Shown here one piece after another: positions 28,708-38,120 of a DNA stretch of 64,000 nucleotides; within the stretch, counting starts at the first letter, position 1, and every line of letters starts with the position of its first letter. The translations under genes were made by a program, and so were the position numbers. This DNA comes from Candidatus Moraniibacteriota bacterium (lineage in GTDB: Bacteria > Patescibacteriota > Minisyncoccia > Moranbacterales > UBA1568), in assembly GCA_013334245.1 (NCBI GenBank), contig JAAXXZ010000003.1, forward strand, positions 2 to 64,001, written 5' to 3'. The notes under the pieces are model-generated. The model was not told where the DNA came from and did not search any database. It saw only the letters and a program-made list of their open reading frames with translations.

Positions 28708-29694
28708 GTGAAAAAGGGTATACTTATCGGCGCGCTCGTCGTGCTTTTGTTGTCGGGAGCGGCGTTCGTCGCCATTTCCCGTACCGGCTTAGTACGGTTG
28801 ACCCCCGGGAAATCCGTCATCGGGGCCGAGGCCGCGAAAGCGAAAATGGAAGCGTTCGTCCGTGACGGCCTCGGTGTTCCCGCGACGGCCGAAGTGATGG
28901 TCTCCGCAGCTACCGAGGAAGCGGGAGTCTACAAGGCGACCGTGACCATTCAGAAGAAGGATTACCCGATGTACCTTTCACTCGATGGAAAGAAGTTCTT
29001 TCCGAACGGGATGGACACCGAGGTGAAGTCGGCCGAAGCGGCTGCTGCCAAGGCGCAGCCCCAGGATATTCCGAAGTCGGCTAAGCCCACGGTGCAGCTG
29101 TTCGTCATGAGTTATTGCCCGTATGGAACGCAGATCGAGAAGGGGATTCTGCCCGTTCTTGAGACACTCGGCGACAAGATAGACTACACGTTGGAGTTCG
29201 TCTCGTACGCGATGCATGACAAGAAGGAGCTCGACGAGAACCTTCGTCAGTACTGCATCCGGATTGAAGAGCCCTCGAGACTCAATGCATATCTAGGCTG
29301 TTTCCTGAAGAAGGGGCAGGGAACCGAGGCGGCATGCCTGAAGACGGCCGGCGTAAATGTCGCGAAGAACGCCGCGTGCATGAAGGCGACGGACACGAAG
29401 TTCGACATCACGAAGAACTTCAACGACAAGAGTACCTATTCCGGCTCGTTTCCCCCGTTTAACGTCGACAAGGCGGACAACGACAAGTATGCGGTGGCCG
29501 GATCCCCGACGCTCGTAATCAACGGCGTCTCGGCCGATTCGCAGCGCGATCCGGCATCGCTCCTGAAGACGATCTGTTCCGGATTCGACAACGCGCCCGC
29601 GGAATGTTCGAAGACGCTTTCGACGACCGCGCCGGCTGCAGGATTCGGTGAAGGTGCGGGGAGCGGCGCGTCGAACGCCAATTGCGGAAGTTAG
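28708..29694 (+). CDS. Membrane-anchored thioredoxin/DsbA-like protein
   Basis: N-terminal TM; FVMSYCPYG and GSPTLVING; Cys-rich. Confidence 0.75.
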   Translation: MKKGILIGALVVLLLSGAAFVAISRTGLVRLTPGKSVIGAEAAKAKMEAFVRDGLGVPATAEVMVSAATEEAGVYKATVTIQKKDYPMYLSLDGKKFFPNGMDTEVKSAEAAAAKAQPQDIPKSAKPTVQLFVMSYCPYGTQIEKGILPVLETLGDKIDYTLEFVSYAMHDKKELDENLRQYCIRIEEPSRLNAYLGCFLKKGQGTEAACLKTAGVNVAKNAACMKATDTKFDITKNFNDKSTYSGSFPPFNVDKADNDKYAVAGSPTLVINGVSADSQRDPASLLKTICSGFDNAPAECSKTLSTTAPAAGFGEGAGSGASNANCGS

Positions 29695-29719
29695 TCAAAA
29701 AATCTGGTATAGAAAGACT

Positions 29720-29749
29720 GAAAGCCGTCCTTATGGGCGGCTTTCTTTT
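29720..29749. terminator. Intrinsic terminator
   Basis: GAAAGCCGTCC-TTAT-GGGCGGCTTTC-TTTT. Confidence 0.7.
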
Positions 29750-29760
29750 GCGAAGCGTTT

Positions 29761-30162
29761 TCATGACGTGAGGGCGAGCAGCTGCTTCGCGGTTACGCAT
29801 GCGGACCTGAACAAGTTCAGGCTTGTGCAGATACATTCGCCCAGGAGCCAGACGAACGCGTCCGGAATGGGATTCGGTGACAGTTCCCAATCCTTGAACT
29901 CCAGGACTTCGAACCGGAATCCGAGTTCCTTTTCTCCATCCGATTCACGAACCGGTTCCACGAAGACCAGCCCAACCAGGCACAGGCCATGTCGCGGATA
30001 CGGGTAGAAGTATCCTTCGACGATGAGCTTGCCGGTAGCGTCGCGGTATTTGTAGGGTCGCGTGTGGACGGAACCCGGGTTATCGCCATTCAGCAACCCC
30101 GTGAGTTGTAGCGCCTTAATAAAGGCACGTCTGGATTTTTCATCCTGGTATTCCTGATTCAT
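29761..30162 (-). CDS. Hypothetical protein
   Basis: AGGAGGAGG RBS; TTGACG-N17-TATGAT at 30260-30232. Confidence 0.65.
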   Translation of the reverse strand: MNQEYQDEKSRRAFIKALQLTGLLNGDNPGSVHTRPYKYRDATGKLIVEGYFYPYPRHGLCLVGLVFVEPVRESDGEKELGFRFEVLEFKDWELSPNPIPDAFVWLLGECICTSLNLFRSACVTAKQLLALTS

Positions 30163-30369
30163 TGCCGTTCCTCCTCCTCTTGCGCATTGTTAATTTTAGG
30201 CCAAAAACGAACCCTTTTGCTTGTGGTCGGCATCATAGGGAATCAAGGGGAATCCGTCAATCGTATCGTGGACCGACGAGCGTAAAATAATACCATTTCT
30301 AAATAATACATTCCCTCTATAGCTGTCGTTCGAGTCCGTACTCGGGCGGTCTGTCCCGTGTATGCCGGA

Positions 30370-30441
30370 GTAGCAATCCAGTATTTATAGCACAGACCTG
30401 GACCGCCACGGATTTCCGAAGACGCAAATCCTTGCGGAGAC
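30370..30441. repeat. REP-like palindrome, family C (partial)
   Basis: GTAGCAATCCA..TGGACCGCCACG..CTTGCGGAGAC. Confidence 0.6.
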
Positions 30442-30525
30442 AGGAAGGCGGTTTCTTAGAAATGGTATGACTCCCACTTTCCCTTCCCGCTTCGGCGTGC
30501 TATACAAGGGAAAGACTCTTACTCT

Positions 30526-31104
30526 ATGGAAATACGGGAGGTGAAATTCTTACGGGGGGTGACGGGATCCGAGGGGCTTCCCGAGGTCGACCGGCCGACG
30601 GTCGCCTTTTTCGGTCGCTCGAACGTGGGAAAGTCGAGTGTCATCAACGCGCTTGTCCGTCGAAAGGATATGGCCCGTTCCAGTTCGCGTCCCGGTCGCA
30701 CGACCGAGGTGAACTACTTTTCCGTCGACGATTCCTGGTACCTTGCGGACACTCCCGGATACGGATATGCTCGGCTGTCGAAGGTGTTCATGGAAAAGAT
30801 TGCAAAGCACCTCTCCTGGTTTGCGGGCGCTCCCGAGGTCACGCTTCGCCTTGCGGTCGTAGTGATCGATGCGGCGATCGGTTTGCAGGAAGCGGACAAG
30901 GAAACGATTTCCGTCCTGCAAGACGCCGGTCGCACGGTGCTGATTCTCGGGAATAAAAGTGACAAGGGACGTCGGAACGATATTTCGAACCATATACGGG
31001 AAGCGGAGCGCGAGTTCCCGGATTGCCGCGTCATCCGGTATTCGGCAAAGACCGGTGAAGGTAGGGCGGACCTGCTGGGCGCCATTTCCGATGTCATCGG
31101 ATAA
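30526..31104 (+). CDS. engB: Ribosome biogenesis GTPase YihA/YsxC
   Basis: GRSNVGKSS, PGRT, DTPGYGYA and NKSD motifs. Confidence 0.95.
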   Translation: MEIREVKFLRGVTGSEGLPEVDRPTVAFFGRSNVGKSSVINALVRRKDMARSSSRPGRTTEVNYFSVDDSWYLADTPGYGYARLSKVFMEKIAKHLSWFAGAPEVTLRLAVVVIDAAIGLQEADKETISVLQDAGRTVLILGNKSDKGRRNDISNHIREAEREFPDCRVIRYSAKTGEGRADLLGAISDVIG

Positions 31105-31163
31105 AGCGGATAGCGGAACGGACTGCGAGGGTTGACCTGCAGTCCGTTTGCTTTTGCCGTTCG

Positions 31164-31568
31164 TTACTCCGAGTGTATCGGAGGCGAAAGCCTTTTCCTG
31201 TCTAAAATGGAAAAAATAGTTCCCACCATCTGAGCGCTGTGCCTCAGAGCGATTCGTGCCAGTTGCATCTGGATGCCAACGAAGGACCCTATCGATTGGC
31301 CGACCGCGTGCAAGAAGTACTTCCCGGCGATGACTTCAGCAACAAATTCTTCGAATGACTTTCCGCTTTCCTGGAACAGTCGGAACAGCGTGTCGCCCGT
31401 ACACGGTGCCATCTCGAGGAATCGAACCGTCATCTCCTTACTCTCCATTTCGGAGTATTGTTTGCCTCCGAAGAGGTAAAAATGTGCCACTAATTTCGTA
31501 AGATCATAGTGGCCGTTCGTGATGTGTCTCGCGTGCTGCAAGGGCAGCGGAAGCTGCGGATTTTTCAT
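31164..31568 (-). CDS. Hypothetical protein
   Basis: 134-aa ORF with upstream TTGACG-N17-TAGTTT; shared terminator at ~31117-31155. Confidence 0.55.
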   Translation of the reverse strand: MKNPQLPLPLQHARHITNGHYDLTKLVAHFYLFGGKQYSEMESKEMTVRFLEMAPCTGDTLFRLFQESGKSFEEFVAEVIAGKYFLHAVGQSIGSFVGIQMQLARIALRHSAQMVGTIFSILDRKRLSPPIHSE

Positions 31569-31747
31569 GGCTGGTTCGGTTTTTTGGTTGATGTAAAGGT
31601 AGAAATTGACTTTCGAAACTATCATAGCATGCCTATTCCGTCAAGGGTAGCGCACGGGAGAGAGCCTTCCCAGAAGTCCATATTTGAATAATTATGCGAA
31701 AAGGAACACAATGAGCGCAACAACGGGGGACTCGGTTTCATAAGAAC

Positions 31748-32323
31748 ATGAAAGCACTACGGATTATCATCGTCACATCTTTTTTCGCTCTCGTATCGCT
31801 TCCGGGATATGTTTTTGCAGAAAATGAAACGCAATCGTCAGGAGCGATCCACGCAAAGAATGAGAACGAGCTTTCCGCTGGTTTTTATTATTTCATCGGC
31901 GATCTGGCTGGGTGGAACATCGGAGAAGACGGCAAGTCTGCCTCGGAACAGTGTCATGAGTCCGGCAGCGTACGTGGCGAAGAAACGGAAACGGGTACCG
32001 GGGAGCCGAATGAGGTATCAGGCAAGATCGAAAAACCTGTTTCAGAAATTCCGTCAGGCGTACCTGAACAGGAGGTACAAAAAAGAACGATTCCGGTTCC
32101 ATTCAAGCCCGCAACGGTTGTCCGACATGTAATTTCCGCGCCATATCCGAACTCGTATAAGAAGGTGAACGGACGACTCGTATGTGCGAAGAAAAACGAT
32201 CATCCGGAAAAGAGCAAAAAAAATAAAAAGAAACACATGGATATGGAGTGTTGTCTTGATCCTGACGAGATTCCGAATCCGCACTGTTACTATCCGCCGG
32301 AAAAGTACGGAAAGTATCTTTAG
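31748..32323 (+). CDS. Secreted hypothetical protein with Cys/His-rich C-terminal domain
   Basis: Signal peptide; CAKKNDHP..HMDMECCLDPDEIPNPHCYY. Confidence 0.7.
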   Translation: MKALRIIIVTSFFALVSLPGYVFAENETQSSGAIHAKNENELSAGFYYFIGDLAGWNIGEDGKSASEQCHESGSVRGEETETGTGEPNEVSGKIEKPVSEIPSGVPEQEVQKRTIPVPFKPATVVRHVISAPYPNSYKKVNGRLVCAKKNDHPEKSKKNKKKHMDMECCLDPDEIPNPHCYYPPEKYGKYL

Positions 32324-32336
32324 CGGCTGAAATGGA

Positions 32337-32364
32337 GAAAGACAGGCCGTTAGGTCTGTCTTTC
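32337..32364. terminator. Bidirectional terminator
   Basis: GAAAGACAGGCC-GTTA-GGTCTGTCTTTC. Confidence 0.7.
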
Positions 32365-32386
32365 GTTTGTTGACGTTTGGCAGGCG

Positions 32387-32560
32387 TTACGCAGTGACTG
32401 CCTGTCCGTCAGAGGTTTCTGCTGCCTGAGGCTTTAACGGAGTGCCGTCTGATACTTCTGACGATCCGCAGCCTTGTCCAGAGGACAGAGCGCATCCTGG
32501 GCATTTTGGGCCACCGAAGTTGGGGCAGCCTGGCTTATTGCAGGTTTCGATTTCTGGCAT
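32387..32560 (-). CDS. Small Cys-rich protein (57 aa), not in ORF track
   Basis: MPEIETCNKPGCPNFGGPKCPGCALSSGQGC...; GGAG RBS; perfect TTGACA-N17-TATAAT at 32637-32609. Confidence 0.65.
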   Translation of the reverse strand: MPEIETCNKPGCPNFGGPKCPGCALSSGQGCGSSEVSDGTPLKPQAAETSDGQAVTA

Positions 32561-32697
32561 TCACGTTCTCCGTTAGTGTTCTAGAAGTTAAGACAACAAT
32601 AATTTTTGATTATAGACGAAAACCCTCGTTTTGTCAATTGTTGCCGAAGAACGGGACGTGGTATGATACAGGGCCGAAACAAGTAATTCATGACGCT

Positions 32698-33066
32698 ATG
32701 ACTGGAAACGCGAAAGAGATACTCGCGAAGCTCCGAGCGAAGGCGGAACCCATCGCGCAGGATTCGCTTGGAAAAGTGAAGGCGTCGGTCTGTTCAGCGC
32801 GCGGGTACGCGTGTTCGATCGTCGGTAGAATGACGGTGAAGGAACGTCTGTTGGTATTGTTCGCTGTCGGAGTCGTCCTCGGCTTCGGCGTGAAGACTGC
32901 CGCCGGTGGATTCATGACGATCGGCTACCAGGATTATTCCGTGAAGGGTAAAGGGGGAGCATACGACCTGAACCTTTTGCAACGGAAGGTCGCGGAGAAG
33001 AACGCGTCCATGACGTCGGATCAGGCGGATGCGACGGCGGTGCCGGCTGGTGGACAATGTCAGTAG
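32698..33066 (+). CDS. Hypothetical membrane protein
   Basis: One TM segment then TIGYQDY; precedes the DsbA-family gene. Confidence 0.65.
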   Translation: MTGNAKEILAKLRAKAEPIAQDSLGKVKASVCSARGYACSIVGRMTVKERLLVLFAVGVVLGFGVKTAAGGFMTIGYQDYSVKGKGGAYDLNLLQRKVAEKNASMTSDQADATAVPAGGQCQ

Positions 33067-33118
33067 ACGGACGCAGACATCCGGGAGGAAGGAGGGGATA
33101 AGTAACGAATGGAACGAT

Positions 33119-34195
33119 ATGTACGGAAATGACATCGAATCGGGAGAGATCGTGACGGGCGGAGCGGGAATCGTTCCGATCCGTGACGAGAAGGAGATGA
33201 AGATCCAGAATTTGACCGCGATACTCATATTGATCGTCGGTCTGTTCGTGGGAAGCCTTTTCGTTGACATCGGACAGCTGGTGACTCGTGAGGGATATTC
33301 TCCGCGTGCGGTCCGGGAGAACAACATCCTCGAAGCGGCCGGTAAGACCTGGGTCGCCTACACGGATCCGAAGGTGGACGTCACGGTCATTACCGACGAG
33401 GCCTGCGAGAAATGTTCGCCGGACGAGGCGTTGGTATGGTTCCGTCGGATTCTCCCTACCATGGAGGCAGAGCCGGTGGAGGCGTCCTCGGAGCAAGGGG
33501 AAGTGCTGGTTGAACGGTATGGTATTCGGACGCTTCCCGCTTTCATATTTTCCGATGCGGTAGCTGGAACCGATTTCTATAACGCGGCCGCCGAGATTTT
33601 CACAGTGAAGGACGGTTCCTTCGTACTTGATACGGCCCGCCTCGGTCTCGCACCCGGGAAATACCTTTCGACTCCCGAGGTCGGGGATGGTGCCATCGTT
33701 GTCGGGTCAAAGGATGCGAAGGTTCGTGTCATCGAATATTCTGATTTCCAGTGTCCCTATTCAAAGGCGTTTCATCCTTCGGTGAAGAAGATGCTTGCCG
33801 AATATGGCGACAGAATCGAGTTCGTGTACAAGCAGCTTCCGCTCGCGTTTCATGCGCAGGCCGAAAACGCGTCGCTTGCGAGCGAGTGCGCGAACGAGCA
33901 GGGCAAGTTCCAGGCATATTCCGACGTGCTGTTCGCCAAACAGGCCGAATGGGGAGCGACGCAGGGGGTGCAGAAATTCAAGGACTATGCGCGGGTACTT
34001 GGAATCAAGGCCGCCGATTTCAACGCCTGTCTCGATTCGAAGAAGTTCTCCGACAAGATAGCGGCGGATTCCGCGGAGGCGGCATCCTTCGGCGTGGACG
34101 GAACGCCGGGCATCTTCGTGAATGACGAGTTCTTCGCGGGCGCCGTCCCGTACGAGAGCCTGAAGGCCTCCATCGATGCGAAACTGGCGGAGTAG
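33119..34195 (+). CDS. DsbA-family thioredoxin-domain protein
   Basis: N-terminal TM; CEKC domain; EYSDFQCPYS, PLAFH and GVDGTP motifs. Confidence 0.88.
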   Translation: MYGNDIESGEIVTGGAGIVPIRDEKEMKIQNLTAILILIVGLFVGSLFVDIGQLVTREGYSPRAVRENNILEAAGKTWVAYTDPKVDVTVITDEACEKCSPDEALVWFRRILPTMEAEPVEASSEQGEVLVERYGIRTLPAFIFSDAVAGTDFYNAAAEIFTVKDGSFVLDTARLGLAPGKYLSTPEVGDGAIVVGSKDAKVRVIEYSDFQCPYSKAFHPSVKKMLAEYGDRIEFVYKQLPLAFHAQAENASLASECANEQGKFQAYSDVLFAKQAEWGATQGVQKFKDYARVLGIKAADFNACLDSKKFSDKIAADSAEAASFGVDGTPGIFVNDEFFAGAVPYESLKASIDAKLAE

Positions 34196-34216
34196 CGTTC
34201 ATTTTTGGCGACGCAC

Positions 34217-34247
34217 AAAAAAACGCCCCCGCGTGGGGCGTTTTTTG
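34217..34247. terminator. Bidirectional terminator
   Basis: AAAAAAACGCCCC-CGCGT-GGGGCGTTTTTT. Confidence 0.8.
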
Positions 34248-34316
34248 ATAGCCGTATTCATTCCAGACTTCCGACCGTTACCCGTCTCGTTCACCGTTCT
34301 CTGTTATCTGACACTG

Positions 34317-34389
34317 AGCCGATGGCCGGATTTGAACCGGCGACCTACGCGTTACGAGTGCGTTGCTCTACCAACTGAGCTACATCGGC
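34317..34389 (-). tRNA. tRNA-Thr(CGT)
   Basis: GCCGATGTAGCTCAGTTGGTAGAGC..CT-CGT-AA..GGTTCAAATCC..CATCGGCT; CCA not encoded. Confidence 0.93.
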
Positions 34390-34518
34390 AAACCCTTCGA
34401 TTGAAAGCCCGATCGGGTTCTAGGAACCAGAGTACCGGAATATTGCGAACTTGGCAACCGGAACGTCGGTGCGGATTACGCTTTCATTTTCTTCAAAAAA
34501 TGGTATACTGAAAGCGTT

Positions 34519-35617
34519 ATGGAAGCACTGAAAGAGACTATCGAGGCGTTACGCGAGAAACTCCCGCATCTGCGGGAATATCTTTGACGTGCCGACGAAG
34601 GAACGGAGGCGGCAGGAGCTGAGGGCGGAGAGTTCGAGGGCGGATCTCTGGAACGACCCGGCTGAGGCGGGGAAAATGCTCCGAGAACTCGAGTCACTCG
34701 ATCGGGAGCTTGGTTCTTTGGAAAGGATCGAAACGGAACTGCGCGATCTCGATGAGTTGTCGCGACTGGGGGACCTTGGTGCGGATGAGGAGAAGGATAT
34801 TTCCCGTCAGGTCGACGTGCTCGAGAAGGAAATGGGGGAATGGGAATTCCGTCTGCTGTTTTCGGGGGCGCATGATCGAGGCGACGCGCTGGTGTCCATC
34901 CATGCGGGAGCGGGAGGCGTCGACGCGCAGGACTGGGCAGAGATGCTTCTGCGGATGTATCTGCGATATGCCGAACAGAGCGGCTTCAAGGCTCACGTCA
35001 TCGACGAATCCCGGGGCGGGGAGGCGGGAATCAAGAGCGTCACGATAGAAGTATCCGGGGAATACGCGTACGGATATCTCAGGACGGAGGCAGGGGTGCA
35101 TCGGTTGGTGCGGTTGTCGCCGTTCAATGCCAATCAGCTTCGTCAGACTTCGTTCGCGCTTGTCGAGGTACTGCCGGTGCTTGAGGATACCGCGGAAGTC
35201 GCCGTAAAGCCGGACGAGTTGCGGATCGATACGTACCGGGCATCCGGAGCCGGCGGGCAGCATGTGAACAAGACCGACAGCGCCGTGCGTATAACACACC
35301 TCGCGACCGGCATAGTGGCCAGCTCGCAGAGCGAGCGTTCCCAACTCCAGAACCGGGAGCAGGCCATGAAGCTCCTGATCGGAAAACTCTACAAACGTCA
35401 GCTCGAAGAGCGTGAGCAGGAGACGAAGGCCCTCAAGGGCGAACACAAGAGTGCCGAGTGGGGGAATCAGATACGTTCCTACGTGCTTCACCCGTACAAT
35501 CTCGTAAAGGATCATCGGACCAAAGTGGAGACGGCGGATACGACGAAAGTGCTCGATGGGGGGATAGGTCCGTTCATAGAAGCGGCACTCAAATCCGGAA
35601 TCGTTTCAAAAGGATAA
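34519..35617 (+). CDS. prfB: Peptide chain release factor 2, with programmed +1 frameshift at CTT-TGA-C (34582-34588)
   Basis: Short first frame MEALKET..EYL ends at CTTTGAC; second frame has SPF and GGQ motifs. Confidence 0.96.
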
Positions 35618-35632
35618 ACAAGGAATACGAAT

Positions 35633-36466
35633 ATGGACATCGCAAAGGCCACCAAAAAGAAAGTCGTGCCCACGATCGACCCGATGCGCGAGGAGGACGT
35701 GACTGATTTCGAAGTGTCGTATTCCGAGGAACTGCAGGAAGAGTCCGCCGTGCCTATCATCCGTTTCGATTCCGTTTCAAAAGCGTATTCCAACGGAGAT
35801 CCGGCTCTCGAGAATATCAACCTGTCGATCTTGCCCGGTGAGTTCGTGTCGCTCGTCGGCGCGAGCGGAGCCGGAAAGTCGACACTATTGAAGCTGATTT
35901 ATTCCGAAGAGGTGCCGACCACCGGAGCCGTATACTTCAATGGGCGGGACCTCGCGGCAATCAAGCGCAAACACCTTCCGTATTACCGACGCAACATCGG
36001 GACCGTTTTCCAGGATTTCAAGCTGTTGCCCCAGAAGACCGCGTTCGAAAACATTGCCTATGCCCTCGAGGTGTATGGGAAGCCTACCGAGGAAATACTC
36101 GACGAAGTGCCGCAAATACTCGAGATCGTGGAGCTTGAACACAAGGCAAACAATCTGCCCAAGCAGCTTTCCGGAGGTGAACAGCAGCGTGTAGCCATCG
36201 CACGGGCACTCATTCTGCAGCCGAAGATGATCATCGCGGACGAACCGACCGGTAATCTTGATCCGGTATCCGCCGAAGGGATCATCGACCTTCTGCTCGA
36301 AATCAACCAACTTGGGACGACGGTCATACTGGCGACGCACAACCAGGCACTGGTGAACAAGATCGGCCGTCGGGTGATAGCCCTCAACGACGGGAAGATC
36401 GTAAGCGACGTCATGGAGGGACAATATGTGTTCGCCGATCGGAAACACTCCACGAAAACCGTCTGA
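35633..36466 (+). CDS. ftsE: Cell division ATP-binding protein FtsE
   Basis: GASGAGKST, VFQDFKLL, LSGGEQQR and ADEPTGNLD; upstream of ftsX. Confidence 0.93.
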   Translation: MDIAKATKKKVVPTIDPMREEDVTDFEVSYSEELQEESAVPIIRFDSVSKAYSNGDPALENINLSILPGEFVSLVGASGAGKSTLLKLIYSEEVPTTGAVYFNGRDLAAIKRKHLPYYRRNIGTVFQDFKLLPQKTAFENIAYALEVYGKPTEEILDEVPQILEIVELEHKANNLPKQLSGGEQQRVAIARALILQPKMIIADEPTGNLDPVSAEGIIDLLLEINQLGTTVILATHNQALVNKIGRRVIALNDGKIVSDVMEGQYVFADRKHSTKTV

Positions 36467-36478
36467 ACCAAACAAGCT

Positions 36479-37396
36479 ATGAAAACGATCAAACTCTGGC
36501 GGACATTCCGTGAAGGTGTGGACAATTTCCGCAGGAACGGATGGCTGACGTTCGCGACGGTGAGCGTGTTGGCGCTTTCACTGTTCGTCATCGGCCTGAC
36601 GGCGCTCATCGGTTTCGCCGGCGGGCTCGCGGTGCGCAACCTGGAGGAAAAGATCAGTATCAGCGTCTCGTTCCGTCCGGACGTTTCCGAGGACAGGATC
36701 ATCGCGATCCGTGACGAGCTCACGAAGTACCGTGAAATCTCATCGGTCGTCTATGTTTCCAAGGAGGCCGCCCTCGAAGAGTTCATGCGCGACGGCAACC
36801 CCGTGATTTCCGACGCCGTGGAGGAAATCGGAGAGAATCCGCTGCTGTCTTCCCTCATCATCCGTGCCGGTAACCCCAAGGATTACGACCTGATCGCCAC
36901 CCAGCTTCGAAGCTCGACCTACAAGGATGACATCGAGCAGGTGAACTACGAACGGAACCGCAAACGGATCGAGGGCCTGAACGACCTGACGACCCGTGCC
37001 CGGGCGATCGGTCTCGCGCTCGGCATTGCCTTTACCCTCATCGGGGTCCTTATCACGTTCAATACCATCCGCCTGACGATCTATTCGCACCGGCAGGAGT
37101 TCGAGGTGATGCGGCTTGTGGGCGCTTCCAACCTCTATATCCGCATGCCGCTTTTCTTCGAAGGCGTCTTTTACGGATTGACCGCCGCCGCCGTCACCAT
37201 CCTGTTCCTGACGCTCACGGCATACGCGTTCTCACAGAACGCCGGTCCGCTTCTGGCCGAGATCCTGGGCGGGAAGACCTTCTTTCATGTATATCTCTCC
37301 TTCTTCTGGATTTTCGCCCCGGGAACGATCATCACAGGCATCGTGCTCGGCGTGGTTTCCAGCCTTATCGCCATCAGGCGATACTTGCGGATCTGA
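36479..37396 (+). CDS. ftsX: Cell division permease FtsX
   Basis: RNGW, YVSKEAAL, NPL, NTIRLTI..R.E..VM.LVGA motifs. Confidence 0.93.
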   Translation: MKTIKLWRTFREGVDNFRRNGWLTFATVSVLALSLFVIGLTALIGFAGGLAVRNLEEKISISVSFRPDVSEDRIIAIRDELTKYREISSVVYVSKEAALEEFMRDGNPVISDAVEEIGENPLLSSLIIRAGNPKDYDLIATQLRSSTYKDDIEQVNYERNRKRIEGLNDLTTRARAIGLALGIAFTLIGVLITFNTIRLTIYSHRQEFEVMRLVGASNLYIRMPLFFEGVFYGLTAAAVTILFLTLTAYAFSQNAGPLLAEILGGKTFFHVYLSFFWIFAPGTIITGIVLGVVSSLIAIRRYLRI

Positions 37397-37536
37397 AGAC
37401 TCGTCGGAAAAGGAGTTGATAGGGGTCCTGAGTATACGGGGCCACTTCGTCGCATATGCGAAGCCTTTCCAAGCCTTGATTTTTTCCGGACCGGATGATA
37501 TCGTATCCGAGGACTACGGAGTCCCGATTTTAACTT

Positions 37537-37611
37537 TGGGGAGTAGCCAAGCGGTAAGGCAGCGGGTTCTGGTCCCGCCATGCGTAGGTTCGATCCCTAC
37601 CTCCCCAGCCA
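37537..37611 (+). tRNA. tRNA-Gln(CTG)
   Basis: TGGGGAGTAGCCAAGCGGTAAGGC..TT-CTG-GT..GGTTCGATCC..CTCCCCAG-CCA. Confidence 0.95.
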
Positions 37612-37647
37612 CGTCGTTCGCGAACGACGTTGCCAGCCATCAAAAAT

Positions 37648-38007
37648 ATGCCAAATTCCGCCGTTGAACGATGGTTCTTGTCTCTGAAGAATATTTGGAT
37701 CAACAAGGACATCGAGAATATCGGGACCTTGCTGTCCTCGGAATTTCGGTACTACGAGGATCCTTTCGGGCCGCCTCTCGTTACTTTGGATGAGGTGAAG
37801 AATGCATGGAAAGGGGTGTCCGACCAGGATATACTCAAACTTGAAATTCGCACGCTCATAGAGCATGAGAACGAGGGGAGTGCGACGTACGAATTTTCCT
37901 ACAAAGATGTGCAGGGCAACACGCATGACTCAAAAGGAGCCTACTTCGTTATGCTGGACGGTCGGGGCAGGGCGATCGAGTTCCGGCAATGGTGGGTTGG
38001 CAGATAG
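37648..38007 (+). CDS. NTF2/SnoaL-like protein
   Basis: W..KD, YYEDPF, EFRQWW; paralog of 42049-42420. Confidence 0.75.
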   Translation: MPNSAVERWFLSLKNIWINKDIENIGTLLSSEFRYYEDPFGPPLVTLDEVKNAWKGVSDQDILKLEIRTLIEHENEGSATYEFSYKDVQGNTHDSKGAYFVMLDGRGRAIEFRQWWVGR

Positions 38008-38120
38008 GTTTTCATTGTCCTCTTTTTACGATCCATTCGGATAATCACCATAGCCCCTTGTGGGCGTGGTGATTTTCTCTTATCCTAGGAAGAACGGTAC
38101 TAACATGCGAATAAACAAAG

